Assembly (NCBI RefSeq): GCF_041956535.1
Contig: NW_027192207.1
Location: 529,374-593,373, forward strand
Length of the DNA: 64,000 nt
DNA from: Calcarisporiella thermophila CBS 279.70
Lineage: Eukaryota > Fungi > Calcarisporiellomycota
Direction: 5' to 3'
The notes below the pieces were generated by a model. It had not been told where the DNA came from. It searched no databases and was given only the letters and a program-made list of their open reading frames with translations. This document shows, piece after piece, positions 25,100 through 38,545 of the stretch. Both the position numbers and the translations under genes were made by a program. The number at the start of each line of letters is the position of its first letter. The stretch's first letter is position 1.

Positions 25100-27708
25100 T
25101 TATCTCGGCTCTGAATTTATCACATCTTGCAAATTTAATGCTGCCATATTTTCGGGCGACAAAAACCGTCGCCAATTCTCGATATTGGCGTGCAATCTTC
25201 GCACTCTTAAGAAATAATTCGCACGAGCTCTAACCCCCTCGTCGACCACGTAATCCATCCATACTCTCCCGATATCCACTTTCAGCTTTTCCACTTCAAC
25301 ACGTAAGCATTCCACGATCCGAGTCTCAAGATTTCTATAATGCTTCCCCTCCCGCTCTGTGTAGTCCAGTACTTGGTTCACGACTCTGGTCAATGTTTTT
25401 GTTTGCAAAGTTGAATAGATATCGTACATGGGGATCATATCCGCTAGCTTAGGAATAACAACTTTCTCAACCGTTCGGTTTAGAATCGTCAAATCTCCGC
25501 TTTCATCACCCTCTTCTTCATGCGTCTCCGTCATGCTTTCGGAGCCAAATGTCGTGAGAGCTCTATGCCACGCCATTTCCTCGAAATCTAAATACTCCTC
25601 GAAGGGAACCCAGGAAAGCATCTCGCATCTGACATAAAACGCAAACACATCTGGCAAGCTTAAACCTCCAAAAGCCTTGCGGTAATCCTCCATATATAGA
25701 AGGCGCCATTTTTCAAAGCGCGATTTTATAGTGAAAATATCGCGGAACTCATCGGCAACATCGTCAAATAGGCGATCCCGTTGGTTTGGCAGGACATCTA
25801 AAGTTAATGATTAAACAATCGGAACCACTTTTTTGAGCTATTAAATTAAGACGTACTTCTTTTCCTCAAGTATTCTGCATTCATCCAATCATCCACCTCT
25901 TCATCCGATAAACCAATTGCCTCTTTCTCACTTTCTAACCCATTATCTCCGTTCGTCTCGTCCTCGGTCTCTTGTATGTCTAAAAGAAAATTATCACACA
26001 ATATCAAACGGTGGCAATAAAAATGTCTGTATACCTTCAATAAACAACTTCAGCTCTTTTAGTTGATTTCTCCGTCTTCTTCGTCGTACCTTCTCGATTC
26101 TCTGCCGCATAATCTCGTAAAATTCGTTCTCAATCTTTTCTAATTCGACAAACTGAGAAAGAGAACAATTATTTTAGATCATTATCAAGAGAAGTTGTAA
26201 ACATGCAATTTTGTTTTACCTTTATATCTAGAAAATCGGCTAAATTATCTACATAGGTTCTTAGCTCTTGGAAGAAAGTGTATCGACTCGAAGCAGCTGT
26301 GAGTTCAGCCTGAATGTCTGCAGCCTGCTTATCGACATTGGCCAATTCCTGCTGGTAATGAGCCAATTGGCTAATATGGGCTTCATGATCCGACTGTAAT
26401 GCGTCGTGGGTGCCGGTGAGATTTTTAATTACGTCAGAGATATTTGGGATAGGTGTTGCAGTTGGAACTAATAAATGCGGTTAGATGAACAAATAAAAGA
26501 AACACATGGTGTTAATGGGGATAGGTACTCATAGCAGCGACTCGTTGTCGACTTGCGAGGCTTAAACGACGTGTTTCGTTTTCGTTATCGGGTTTGAATT
26601 TAACGCGACCTTTTCTAATTTGCTCGAGCTCCCAATTTCGTAGCTCGTCCAAATCGTCGTCATCCTCACTAGCCAAACGTCCATGTTGATTAGTAGGTTA
26701 AAGCGATATAGCTAAACTCAAATTTGGCATATTTACTATGTATTTTCAATTGCTTCTTGTAATTCTAGCCTTCTCTGTCTCTCCTTTTCCAGCCTCTCCT
26801 TTTTAGAAAATATTAGCTTTTCTCCCACCATCCCCTCGTCCTCCTCGTTACCATCCCCAAATTCATCTTCCTCTCGCACAAGTCTCGACTCGTTTTCTTC
26901 ATAGCCTTCAACTTCTTCCGATAGTGAAATGAAATCTTCGCCGTTCTCTGCTCGCTGGCGGAGTAGCTCACGACGTTTTTTAGCGGCATAAATAGTAGCA
27001 GCATCTGGTATTTCCGTGGAAGCTGTCGAAAGATAGAACTATAAGTTGGAGTGAAAAAGTGGGTATGTAATATTAAAATGACTGACCTGCTTTCAAAGAG
27101 GGAAACTTTTCTTCGACAAGGCTATGGGTTGACCGAGGAGCGCTTGGGGTATTGCGTTTTAATTCTGAAAGCATCTCAGTTGTGTAGATTTTTTCGCTGA
27201 TCGAAGCTTGTTCCAGCGTATCCGGCAGCTTGTCACTACGGAATTATGAATTTATCTATTAAAATTGTTCTAAATGATAAAAAAATTCAAAAAAATATAC
27301 TCTGCAATTTTTATGGATCGTGTCTCAGCAAGACGCTGGCTGGCCATACTTTTTTTTACTTTAAACGTTTCGCCACTCTCATCTCCTTGCTACAAAAAAT
27401 AATACATCATATTATTATCTACTTGTCAAAATCTGGCAAAGAAAAGAGCTCTCACCTCGTCGTCGAAACTTAATGCAACAGATTTTGGCTTCTTTTGTTT
27501 CTTTTCAAGTTTGCTAGATGTTAACGTGGGTAGCGCGACTTCTCCAGGCGTTTCCTTGACAAGATCTTTGATCCGAAACAAAAAAATTATGAATTATTGA
27601 TGATCGTAGGGAAATGTGCTTTAACATACCCGATCCAATAGGAAGGACATCCTCGGAATCGTCCTTTTTACGTATATTACGGATTTTGGTTGATTTTCTG
27701 AATGACAT
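25100..27708 (-). CDS. GCFC2/PAXBP1 (Ntr2-like) spliceosome disassembly factor, multi-exon
   Basis: MSFRKSTKIRNIRKK start, IPDAATIYAAKKRRE, WELEQIRKG, YTFFQELRTYV and the GCFC domain (FDDVADEF...FEKWRLLYMEDYRKAFGGLSLP). Confidence 0.85.
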
Positions 27709-27933
27709 TAACGTTGAGATCTACTATAATATATTGCTATTCACTTAAATGCTGCGTCATGTTATTATTGACTTGGTGGCAAACCCCTTTTCACCACAGG
27801 GAATGCATATACAACTAGCAGTCACAACGTAAACAAGCCATATACATTTATTAATACCTCGCTTTCTATTTATTTGATATAACCCAACGTAGCATTTTCT
27901 CCCTTCTTGTGTTCTATAAACTTTTTTAAAGCA

Positions 27934-29500
27934 ATGAGCTCCAAGAAGGCAGTTATTGCTGACAGCAAAGTCGCGCAAGAGCAGCAGCAGAATGATTTTG
28001 TAATCAAATCTGAAAGGTAAATTTACAGATATAAATTCAATCCAAGTTTCAACTTACCTAAATCTTTTGTAATTTTATAGCACTAAACCCACCCTTGATA
28101 CCAGCAAGTGGCCTCTTCTTCTTAAAAACTATGATCGCCTTAATGTTCGCACTGGTCATTATACCCCTATTCCCGCTGGATGCTCTCCTCTCAAACGTCC
28201 ACTTAATGAATATATCCGTACTGGTGTGATAAATTTGGATAAGCCAGCCAATCCCTCATCACATGAAGTAGTTGCCTGGGTGAAGCGCATTCTTCGTGTA
28301 GAAAAAACTGGACATAGCGGCACCCTTGATCCTAAGGTGACAGGATGCTTAATTGTTTGCATTGACCGCGCAACAAGATTAGTGAAAAGCCAACAAAGCG
28401 CTGGGAAGGAGTATGTGTGCGTGGTGCGATTACACGACGCCGTTGAATCAGAAAAAAAGCTTTCATCTGCACTCGAAACTTTGACAGGTGCCCTTTTCCA
28501 GCGACCGCCTTTGATCTCAGCAGTAAAACGACAACTCCGTGTTCGCACCATCCACGAAAGTAAACTCATAGAATTTGATAATGAACGACATCTAGGAGTT
28601 TTCTGGGTAAGCTGTGAGGCCGGCACCTATATCCGCACACTGTGTGTACACCTCGGTTTATTACTGGGAGTTGGAGGCCACATGCAAGAACTGAGACGTG
28701 TGCGAAGTGGAGCTTTGTCGGAGAATGATGACATGGTGACCATGCATGATGTTTTGGATGCCCAATGGGTGTACGATAATACGAAGGATGAATCCTATCT
28801 CCGTCGCGTGATTCGACCACTCGAATCGCTTCTCACTGGATATAAGCGCATTGTAGTCAAGGACAGCGCTGTAAATGCACTCTGCTATGGCGCAAAAATG
28901 ATGATTCCTGGTCTATTACGATATGACTCAGGTATTGAGATCGGCGAGGAGGTTGTATTGATGACGACCAAGGGAGAAGCAATTTGCATTGCCATTGCCC
29001 AGATGTCCACTGCTGAGCTTGCCACTTGTGAACATGGTGTCGTTGCAAAAATCAAGCGGTGTATTATGGAAAGGGATACCTATCCTCGGAAGTGGGGACT
29101 TGGGCCCAAAGCGATGGAAAAGAAGAAGCTGATCAGCGAAGGCAAGCTTGATAAATATGGAAGAAAGACCGACGCCACTCCGAAGGAATGGAAGAACAAC
29201 TACGTAGAATATGGAAATGAGACACGGACCAAAGACCAAGCCGAGATGGAAATAGATGTGAAATCGCCCGTAAAGCAGCCGCTTATCGAAGAAGTGCAGG
29301 AAAAGACAAAGAAGCGGAAAGCATCCGAGGTGAGCTCTGAAGAAGAAGAGGAACCGAAAGAGTCAAAGAAGGAAAAGAAGGAGAAGAAGGAAGATACCGA
29401 TACTCCTAAGAAGTCGAAGAAGGCGAAATTCGAGGAGAAAGGAAGCGAGAAGAAGAAGAAGAAGAAGAAGAAGAAGGAGAAGCAGGCTGATGAAGAATAA
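27934..29500 (+). CDS. CBF5: H/ACA snoRNP pseudouridine synthase (dyskerin); intron ~28017-28080
   Basis: [26 protein letters not shown] domain and a KKE-rich tail. Confidence 0.98.
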
Positions 29501-29752
29501 AGCGACTAATTATTTATCTCCTACTCTTTTGTAGCATTTTTCCTACTCTTTTATAATTCTTATTACTCCTTGTCAAATGTGCTTATAGAAAACAGAGTTT
29601 TTTTCGAATTTTATTTGATTTTATCAAGCTCTCGACAGAATGAGAAATCAGACCATATTTCAGACGTAATTAAGATGTAGTGACAAAATATTCAAAAATG
29701 GAAATTAAATGGAATACACCAGTTCTCTTGATGACATTTATATTATTTTCTG

Positions 29753-31087
29753 TCAGCTACTAGCCTCCTTCGATAACGGCGATGGTTGATGTATTCCAGC
29801 CGCTACTCTCGAGCTCGGCAGAGGCCAATGGTACGCCCCTACTACATTAGCCGTTGTAGGAGTATTTAACAAGTTAAATGGCGAAGGTAGCTCGTTATTT
29901 TGATAGAATTCAGAGTAAAATCCGGAAGGGGAAGAAATATCTTGTGCAAACTGTGAGTATGAAGAGCTTTCCATCCCGGTGGTGGAAGGTGCAACTGTTG
30001 TTCTTGGAGTTGCCATAGATGACGTCGTTGCCGAGGTGGATGTGGAGGTAGAATTAGTGGATGCAGAAGCTGAGGGTCTAGGGATTAAAATAGGCGTTTC
30101 TGTAAGATTGATATGAACATCCTCGTTTGATATCTTCACTGCTTCGTCTAACACTGGGTTACTATCATTTGGAATAGTAAGACGCAGCCTAGGTCGTTTA
30201 AATGGGGGTTGTGGTGCGGTGAATTGATAGGTGCTATTTGAATGATCGTTTAATGGGTGAGGGAAAATAGTCGCTTCGCCAGTAGTAGCAGGCGCAGAAA
30301 AGGATGGGGAGTAATTTCTGCTCGATTGAATATTATAGTCACTTGGTGTGTTCTGCGTATAATGGTGGGGCTTGAGTGCGGATTGTGTGGGCAATGTGGG
30401 TAGTGCGACTGGCGGTTGAGGCGACGGGGTTAACTACATATACATTAGAAGTGTCCAAAAACTGGCAACCACAGATATAAGGAAAAAGGATATCTATTTT
30501 ACGTTTTTCGAGACATTATTGGATGCGTAAATAGAGCCCTCCTCGTCATCCAACTCATCATCCTTTTCTCCGTCTTTATCAACCCCTATATCCTCAAACT
30601 ATATAATGCATTAACAAAATGAAATTATTCGATCAAGATAAATTTAAATAGGCTACATCAGCATTTGTACGACTTTCAACAGCACCCTTATACTATTTAA
30701 AGGAGACGGCTCATTTTGTTAGTATATGCATGCCAAACAGTTCGTCCACGAAACTAACCTCGGTGTATCGGTAGAGCACCTTGTCGACATTCGTACTTGC
30801 ATATTGCACCACTTTGTCATTTGGTCCAAAAATAATTAGACCGATCTCACAATCACAAAGCACACTATAGCATATATCTCAGTATTGATGGACGAGCTTC
30901 AAGTTAAAAGAAATAATACCTGAGCTCGTACGCTTTCTTCAGAAGGCCTATCTTGCGCTTTAAGAAGGTGACCTATTGAATAAAAGCAGTTGAAGTACTC
31001 GAGAATATAAGGCCCGGAGAATAGTGCACTTGCTTGTCGGTTTCGCTCGTCCTTCAGCTTTTCAATACGTATCTTGCGACGTCCCAT
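29753..31087 (-). CDS. MEF2-type MADS-box transcription factor (Rlm1-like), multi-exon; first intron is GC-AG
   Basis: [18 protein letters not shown]|[18 protein letters not shown]|[12 protein letters not shown]...[10 protein letters not shown], with the C-terminal RPRLRLTIP and ELPSP motifs seen in Rlm1-like proteins. Confidence 0.9.
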
Positions 31088-31414
31088 AACGACTAATGCG
31101 GCTCCGAATGTCAAAAATGTCAAATAGAAGAGAGGAGTATAGGCCGGATAGCAGGCGGGATGTTCAGAAGAGACGATTAACGGGGAATTTCAGAGGATAT
31201 TAAGGAGGAGGAAGAATCTTGAGCGGAAGAAATGCAACCAAGCAACGCCCGAAGGTGGAGAGTAGAAGTGGTGAATAAGCACGAAGCAAAAATAAAGCCT
31301 GGCGGCAAACCCCTCCAGTCAAACCACCAAGTGCAATGAGGCTTTGTTGCTGGTCTCAAATTTCCATAGCCTTCAGATTCCAAAATCAGTAACTAGCTTA
31401 AAACAGATTCCAGA

Positions 31415-32539
31415 ATGGACGACGAAACTAATCTCGTGCTCCAACGAGAAGAGCAAGATGTGCTTGCCGCCATTTTTGACGCCAATTTTACTCCACACAA
31501 CTCGACCATCTACTTTGTCCTATCGCTCTCGTCTGCTGACAATGAAGGCGCTAATTCGGCAACGACTCCGCGCGAATTGCATCTTGCCTTTCACCTGCCA
31601 TCAACCTACCCTACGCACGATCCTCCAATAATGGAGATCGAAAATGTGTACTGCGGACCCTTGCGAGTAACAGATGCCATTCGCGAAGAAGTTGCAGTCA
31701 ATCTACCACCATTTGTTGCCGGAGAAGTGATTCTATATGAATGGATAATGTGGTTGAAGGATCATTTTGAGCAAAAACTTTCTGAATTCGATTCTTTGCA
31801 GCCACCTACTGTACCTGATGACCAAGGCAGAGCTATCGATCTTGATGGAGATATAGAAGAAGAAAAAGCTCTCGCCGTAGGTGGTGAAAGAGGCATATCT
31901 GATAGTTTTAACTCGGACCGGGTGAAATGTGATATAGATATCATACATGGCGAAGCTATTATAGATAGAAAAAGCGTGTTCGTCGCACATTTAGCGGAGG
32001 TTAAGAGTTTAGAAGAAGTTGAGGCAGTCAAAGAGACATTATTAAGGGATAAACGAATAGCTCGAGCTACACATAATATTTCAGCATTTAGAATAATACA
32101 GTCGAACAATGGAGTTTTACAAGGTTGAAATAGAAAGCATTGTTCGACAAGATATTCCGTTTGGACAAGTATTTTAACATTTAGAATCATTTATAGATCA
32201 GGATGATGATGGCGAGACAGCTGCAGGTACAATTTGATTTAACTCCTTTTTCTATGTACCATTGCATTAACAGCTATGATAAAGGCGGCAGGCTCCTTCA
32301 CCTACTTCAGATTCTCGATGCAAAAAACGTACTTGTTGTGGTGAGTCGGTGGTATGGAGGTAATAAATAATACTGTAATATTCAGAAATGAGACAAACAA
32401 TGATGACTTTCTCTTCACAGGAATTCCACTTGGTCCAAATCGTTTCAAGCACATTTCCAATGCCGCGCGCCAAATCCTCGATGAATGTGGATACATTAAT
32501 CAAGACAAAGGGAAAAAGAAAAAAGTAGGGAAAAAATAG
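31415..32539 (+). CDS. YIH1: IMPACT/Yih1 protein (RWD + ancient domain), spliced
   Basis: RWD motif LPSTYPTHDPP; DRKSVFVAH, ATHNISAFRI, DDDGETAAG, VVVSRWYGG and LGPNRFKHI. Confidence 0.92.
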
Positions 32540-32700
32540 AAAATTGCATTTTCATAGAGAAGATTATTTAAAAAAAAATCAACAAATTTACCAAAAAATA
32601 TCCAAGGATAGAACGATTGTAGATAACATTGGAGAGTGAGTGAAATAAAATTTCAATACTATAATTAGACAAGTTGGTCTTGAAGTAGCTGCTCGATCTC

Positions 32701-33695
32701 TCACTCTCGTCTCAAATTGTCAAGTCTTGCTTGTAATGCTGCATCATCTGAGACCATTTCAAGTTGTGCAACCCGCTCTGTTCCGGCTGAAGCCTTTTGA
32801 GCAATCGTTGAGGGTGCCGTAGCCAGCTTGGTTGAGATTAAAGTATAGGGTGAGATTTCAAGATAAGAAGAAGTAAAATGACGATTATAAATACCTCTTG
32901 ATTTAGAGTAACGCCGATCTCATCAAGCACTTGGTTGACCACTTCCTCGCTCTCTTCCTCATCAGCTTCTTCTTCCATCACATCGTCAATCGCGTCATTC
33001 ATCATTTCATCTTTCATATCCATTAGCTCGGATTCACGTTCAAACTCCATCATTATCTTCTGGATCGAAGGAAGATTCATTTGACGATTCATGGACTGCA
33101 TAGCCTAATAGTAAAATATAATACAGGTTAATAAATGCAAAATATAAATTTTATCGCCCACTAATTACCTTGGTTGCTCCACGCATGGCTTCAGCCATTT
33201 GTTGGTTAGATCGCAGCGTTTGAATTCGTAAACCAACCGCTTGTAGTTGCGTTTTCATTTGGTAGAATTTCTGTACATAGCGGCGTGTGCGAACCAAATC
33301 TTTAGCCATGACCTTGCACGCATTCTAACCATTATTTTTTTTTTCAAAACTATTCATTAGCCTTTCACGGTTTGGAGGAGAAATACGGGAATATATAATA
33401 AATAGCCTAGCTAGCCTGTATTATTAGTTGTACCATTTGATTTGCCTTAGCAGATCGCTTTATGTCAGCCACTAGTTTTTTCTCCTGTTGTTCAAGACGA
33501 GATCTCTCCCGATCGAGCTCACGCTGCGCCTTATTAAGCGAGCGCTGGTGCTGTCTGAGCATCTCTGCAGGCGTTTTGCGACGGCCAAAAAGAAAATCCT
33601 ACATTCCCATGATGAAGAATCATTTAGACAATCATCCACTAACAATTGGGAGATGAAAACAAAAAATAACGCGAAATATAAATAGGTACCAGCAT
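32701..33695 (-). CDS. DID4: ESCRT-III subunit Vps2/Did4 (CHMP2A), spliced, with a 6-nt first coding exon
   Basis: ML|DFLFGRRKTPAEMLRQHQR...CKVMAKDLVRTRRYVQKFYQMKTQLQAV...MNLPSIQKIMMEFE...LQARLDNLRRE*. Confidence 0.93.
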
Positions 33696-34312
33696 GGTGG
33701 CCGTAATTATTATACGATGGAAATACTAAAAAAAGTCAATTTATGTGAAAAGGGATATAGATGTTTGCCAAGAATGAGATTGTCTTGAAGTGATATTCTA
33801 TCTTGGTTCGAGCAGTCACTCTACGCGAAGTTCATTTAATTCGAACGGCTCTGTTATGCCTTTAAAGCTATACTAGTACAGAAATTTACAACCAAACAAA
33901 GATACGATGTAGGCAATACAGTGAGATACCAAGTTAGTTCAACACTCCATCAATAATCTCACCTGAAAATTGTAAGTGAATTCCCTTCAATATCACTATG
34001 AAAGGCACCCTACAATGATGTTTAAGTTTTTCTATTAAATGATATACTAAATTCGATTTTTCTGATATACCTTTTTCTCATCACATGCTTTCACATCCGA
34101 AAACTGATACAATTGTCTGAAAGGGGTCTACCAACTTTTTTAGCACTGGTACTCTCGTGGATAAAACTGAGGAACTAGATTACTTAAGGAATTAGAGGAA
34201 ATACATCTTTTACAAATATGCAGTCATTGTGACAGTCACAAAGAGAAGTAAACACTTAGGCTTTTCTCGGAATTTTATATTATGGAGAGATTTTTGATAA
34301 ATTTAATTCAAC

Positions 34313-34900
34313 ATGTCTAAAGACACTATTCTTTTCTCTGATGTCTTTGACGTGAAAGACATTGACCGCGATGGAAAGTTCTTTGACCGATGTAAGTATA
34401 AATTTATAGAAATCGCACATTTTCGTCTGCCAGATCCTGATTGGGATTGCATATTAAAACTAGGCTCACGGATCAACGCCCGATCTGAAAACTATGAAAT
34501 GGATCTCACTATGGACATTAATTCCGAAATTTATCCACTTGACATCGGTGACAAATTCTCACTCGTTCTTGCATCCAGTCTTGAAGTGGATGCATCCTCT
34601 GCAACAAAGAGCCAGTCTGATGTACTATATGATGTAATCGGTGACAAACGGACACTTGCAAGCGATTATGAATATGTGGTGCTAGGAAAATGCTTTAAAT
34701 ATGATGAAGGGCAGGGAAATAAAGTGTAATTGGCCTATACAATTCCGTTAGTATTGGTATCGATTGCATTTCTAACCTATTGACTATATAGTTCTGTTCT
34801 TATTTCGTACGGAGGGCTTCTCGTTTGTCTCGAGGGCGATTTCAGGCACTTGCAGAATTTGACAGTTGGCGAGAACATCTACATTCTTATTCGCAAATAA
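34313..34900 (+). CDS. RPB8: RNA polymerase I/II/III shared subunit Rpb8 (3 exons)
   Basis: LFSDVFDVKDIDRDGKFFDR, DINSEIYPL, DYEYV and SYGGLL. Confidence 0.95.
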
Positions 34901-35318
34901 ACTGATAGAATGTTTTGCAATTGTTGTTATATCATATCCTTTACTCATTATAAGCTTGCAATCTCTTTAAATAATTGACCAGTTTTCATTGTTTTATTCA
35001 AATGTTCCTACAAGACAAGTGGAAGAGAAAAAAAACTCTTTGACATCTATTATCCATTGTAAGCGAGATAATAAGAATATATATATTTATATATATATAA
35101 AGGAAATGCGATGTGTAAAAAGAGTAGAGGAGAAGAGAGAAAATATTTTAAGAAAATTTCATTTTTAAAAATAAAAACATGAAACAAGAGAATAAAAAGG
35201 AGTCCACAGTTGAAAACAGATAATTATTCCCACAAAAAAAAACGACACCCATACAAAGCAAAATCAAAAGAGAACAATTTTCAATAAACACAACACAATA
35301 GAATAAAATTAATTGAAG

Positions 35319-36976
35319 TTAAAATTCTTCCAATGCAGGAGGGCCTTGTTTCCATCCGTATACACCCTCAATCCATTTTGCTAAATCTACCGAACGAGCA
35401 GATGATGCCTTAATCCACGGATGCATAAGCAGTGCTTCTGGAGAAGGCCGCAATTTTGGATCCTTTGTTAGACAAGCTCGCACGAAACTTCGCGCTTCTT
35501 CGCTCCTATCACTAGGAAGCTCGGGGGCGGGCATCTTCACAATACATACTAGTAATTCGACAATGGGGAGTGGGGGAAATGCTGGTTTGTTTTGTGCGAC
35601 TTCTATTATTGTCACTCCAAGAGACCAGATGTCAGATTGGACGGTGTATGGCGAAGCCTCAATTCGCTCAGGCTGATAAAAAAAAGGGTGTTAAGTTCGA
35701 ATTTTAAAATAGGCAAAGAAAAAAATGAAAAATTACCGCCATATAATACTTTGTTCCGGTGAAAGTTTGCGCCATAGAGTTGACAAGCTCTCCACTTACG
35801 CTGAAATCACAGAGCTTAATATCTCCATTACGCGTTACAAGAATATTAGAAGGTTTGATATCTTGATTCGAAAAGAAAGTAAAATATAAATTCAATTCAT
35901 TTAAACCGTTTTTTATACACTTTATAGCTTACCTCGATGAATAACCTTCCGCTCATGTAAGTATACGATTCCTTTACATACCTTGCAAAATAAATAGAGG
36001 TTAGAGAAATTCTTTAAAAATTGGCCAAAAAACACTTACTGCCTCTGCAATTTTCCCCAAAATCTCCTCTCCAATCACTTGACCTGTCTTTGCACACTGT
36101 TTGTATACTGTTTCAAGAGAGCCACCCTCGCAGTACTCTGTGCAAATTTCGATTGTTTGATCAGAGTCGTCAATAAATGCTCCTAAATAAGAGACAATAT
36201 AGGGAGATTTGCAATTTCGAAGCGAACTTAGTTCTCGAAGCACTTGTTTTCTCAGTTCTGGATTCGGATCGGCAGTTATGGACTATGCAAAAATCATCAG
36301 AAGAAGTGTGATATTGATTTAGTGTACTATTTGTATTTTGAAAACCCATAACATGAGATAATAATACCTTCTTTGCCATAATCGTCTTACTTGGCAAATG
36401 TTCCACCAGCATCACAACACCTGCTGATCCTTCACCAAGTTTTCGAATCGCTCGAAATTCCGAGGGCTTTGCATCTCCATGTATGATGGTAGTAGTTGTA
36501 ACCCTTAAGGTCTTCTCACCATGGCTAAGACCCTCCCTGTTATCATTATTACTTTGATTTCTTTCCTCGCAGCTGTCATTTTTTGTCTCGCTTTTACACA
36601 GATCGTCCTCGATGCCCTCGCTGGCCGAGGAAAAAGATTTTTGACCAGATGTCTGACTACTTGACGACGGAGAGTTCAATGTCACCCTAGATCCAGTTGT
36701 TATTGAATTAATTCCGGATGTTAATGATTGAGGTGACACATTTGCTGGTTGATTTTGGCCACTTGTCCAAAATTGCGCAAATTCATCTGTGCGATATGAA
36801 TCGGTTACGGCTGCACATCCTCCACCAATAGATGTGACATAAGGCGAAGGTACGCCCCCTCCCTGACCAGGGGGTGCAAGACCAGGTAAGCGCAATTTCT
36901 CCTTATTTCGATTTTTCTTTGTAGCGGTGGCCTTGAGCGCGTTAGAGCGCGATAATCCTGCAGATGGTTGAGACAT
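35319..36976 (-). CDS. MKK1: MAP kinase kinase, cell-wall-integrity type (Mkk1/Pek1-like), spliced
   Basis: [58 protein letters not shown] and QSDIWSLG. Confidence 0.85.
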
Positions 36977-37496
36977 TTGGTAGTGTATAGGTAAAATTAG
37001 ATGTAAAGGAATTGAAAAGTGTCTGTAAAGATATGTGGAAAACTGGTGTAGGAAAATTAAGAGTGCATTATCAAAGATCTTTGGCTTGTAAGATTTGTTG
37101 CAATGTTGATCCGTGACAATGGCAAATAAAAATAAAGTAGAAGCATCAAAATGTAAGGGAGGTTCGAAGGGGGAAGGGGTTGAGTCGCGAGGAAACAAAA
37201 GGTTTGAATTCAGTTATAATGCAGCTCAACCATTTATAGTAATTCGGATTCTTCTAAAAGGAAAATCCATTCCGAAACCCATATTCATATTATTTGCAAA
37301 TAGCAACGACATGCAAATTTACGGATTCAGATACACGTATAAAGCTTACTTTCGAAGCTAGCGCTGAATTGAGAGAAAAGCGTTCTTTATCTGAATTTTC
37401 TGCCCATTAAATTTTCCAATTATGCAAATGTTGTTATGTTTTCAATAAAAATACGTTACAACATCAATGAAGCTTTAAGGGGCATTCTTTAAAATG

Positions 37497-37677
37497 CCCT
37501 ACAAAAATGGCCATAAAGAAAACATGAGGAAAACACAAGAGAGCATGCAGAAAGAGTGGAGGTTGTCCAAGTTTCCGTATATTTTCACAATTGCTCTTCA
37601 GTGCTAGGAATTTAAAAATTATTGAAAAAAATATGGAACATACCCTTATGTTTTCCTTATGACTACTTTTTGTAGGG
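37497..37677. mobile_element. Non-autonomous CACTA/CMC-type MITE (181 bp)
   Basis: Imperfect ~33-bp TIRs: CCCTACAAAAATGGCCATAAAGAAAACATGAGG versus (reverse complement) CCCTACAAAAAGTAGTCATAAGGAAAACATAAGG. Termini match CMCWR, and ATG flanks both sides (3-bp TSD). Confidence 0.7.
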
Positions 37678-37972
37678 ATGTTGGAAGTAAACTCAAGTAA
37701 TTTATAGGCTCAAGATTTGCGCAAGCATAAAAAGTGTATTCTTTTGAATGAGAGCAAGAAGTCATAGTAACCTCCTAATAAAATACCCTAAATACAACGA
37801 CTTATTAATAATTATTCTAACAAGGTATAATTAAGATATCAATAATAAATAGTATAATGCGAAGGGATATACAAAGATTTATAATAAAATAAATATAAAA
37901 ATATAAGACCAAGGGAAAGAAATAGGATTAAAGGATTGACTATAATAACCATACAAATCATTCGACATTCCA

Positions 37973-38545
37973 CTATCGCTGTAGCCGCCGTTCTTGTCTG
38001 CCATATATCTCAGCATCAGTCGCTCGTGCATGTTGAGGGGTTAAAGTTAATCGAAGTGTTTCAAGCCGCTTATCTATTTTTCCAGCTCCTTTATTATCGT
38101 CCGAGGGGAGTGGGAAACCCCAGCGTACTACCTCATCAAAGGTTCTACGAAGCATGTCTCTGACTTGAGGATGTTGGTAGTAGACCGCACGGTTACCAAC
38201 ATCTTGCATTGCTTCATCAAATGCACGAGTCTCATAGGTTGTATGACGGCCACCTCTTTTTTTCTTAAAAACATTAGGCGAGAGAAATGGGAAGGCATCT
38301 CCCTGTTCAAGATCAGGTCGAGGTGCAGGTGAGGTGTATCTACGCGGCAGGCTTTTCTTCTTTTTAGTCGAAGAAAATAGGTCATGAGAGGGAAGCGGGA
38401 TCTCGGAAGGGAGAAGGGTGGGAGCATTTTTTCGTACACGTTTCAGGGGGACGGGCGAAGTTGCTTGTTCATAAGTGTAATACGAGCAGAGTTCCTCTAC
38501 AAAGTTTGCAAGCTCATCGTCTTCATATATCTGCGGCATTGTCAT
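37973..38545 (-). CDS. Hypothetical protein (190 aa, intronless)
   Basis: Intact ORF containing YYQHPQVRDMLR...FDEVVRWGFP...TLRLTLTP, resembling a conserved uncharacterised fungal family. Confidence 0.6.
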   Translation of the reverse strand: MTMPQIYEDDELANFVEELCSYYTYEQATSPVPLKRVRKNAPTLLPSEIPLPSHDLFSSTKKKKSLPRRYTSPAPRPDLEQGDAFPFLSPNVFKKKRGGRHTTYETRAFDEAMQDVGNRAVYYQHPQVRDMLRRTFDEVVRWGFPLPSDDNKGAGKIDKRLETLRLTLTPQHARATDAEIYGRQERRLQR

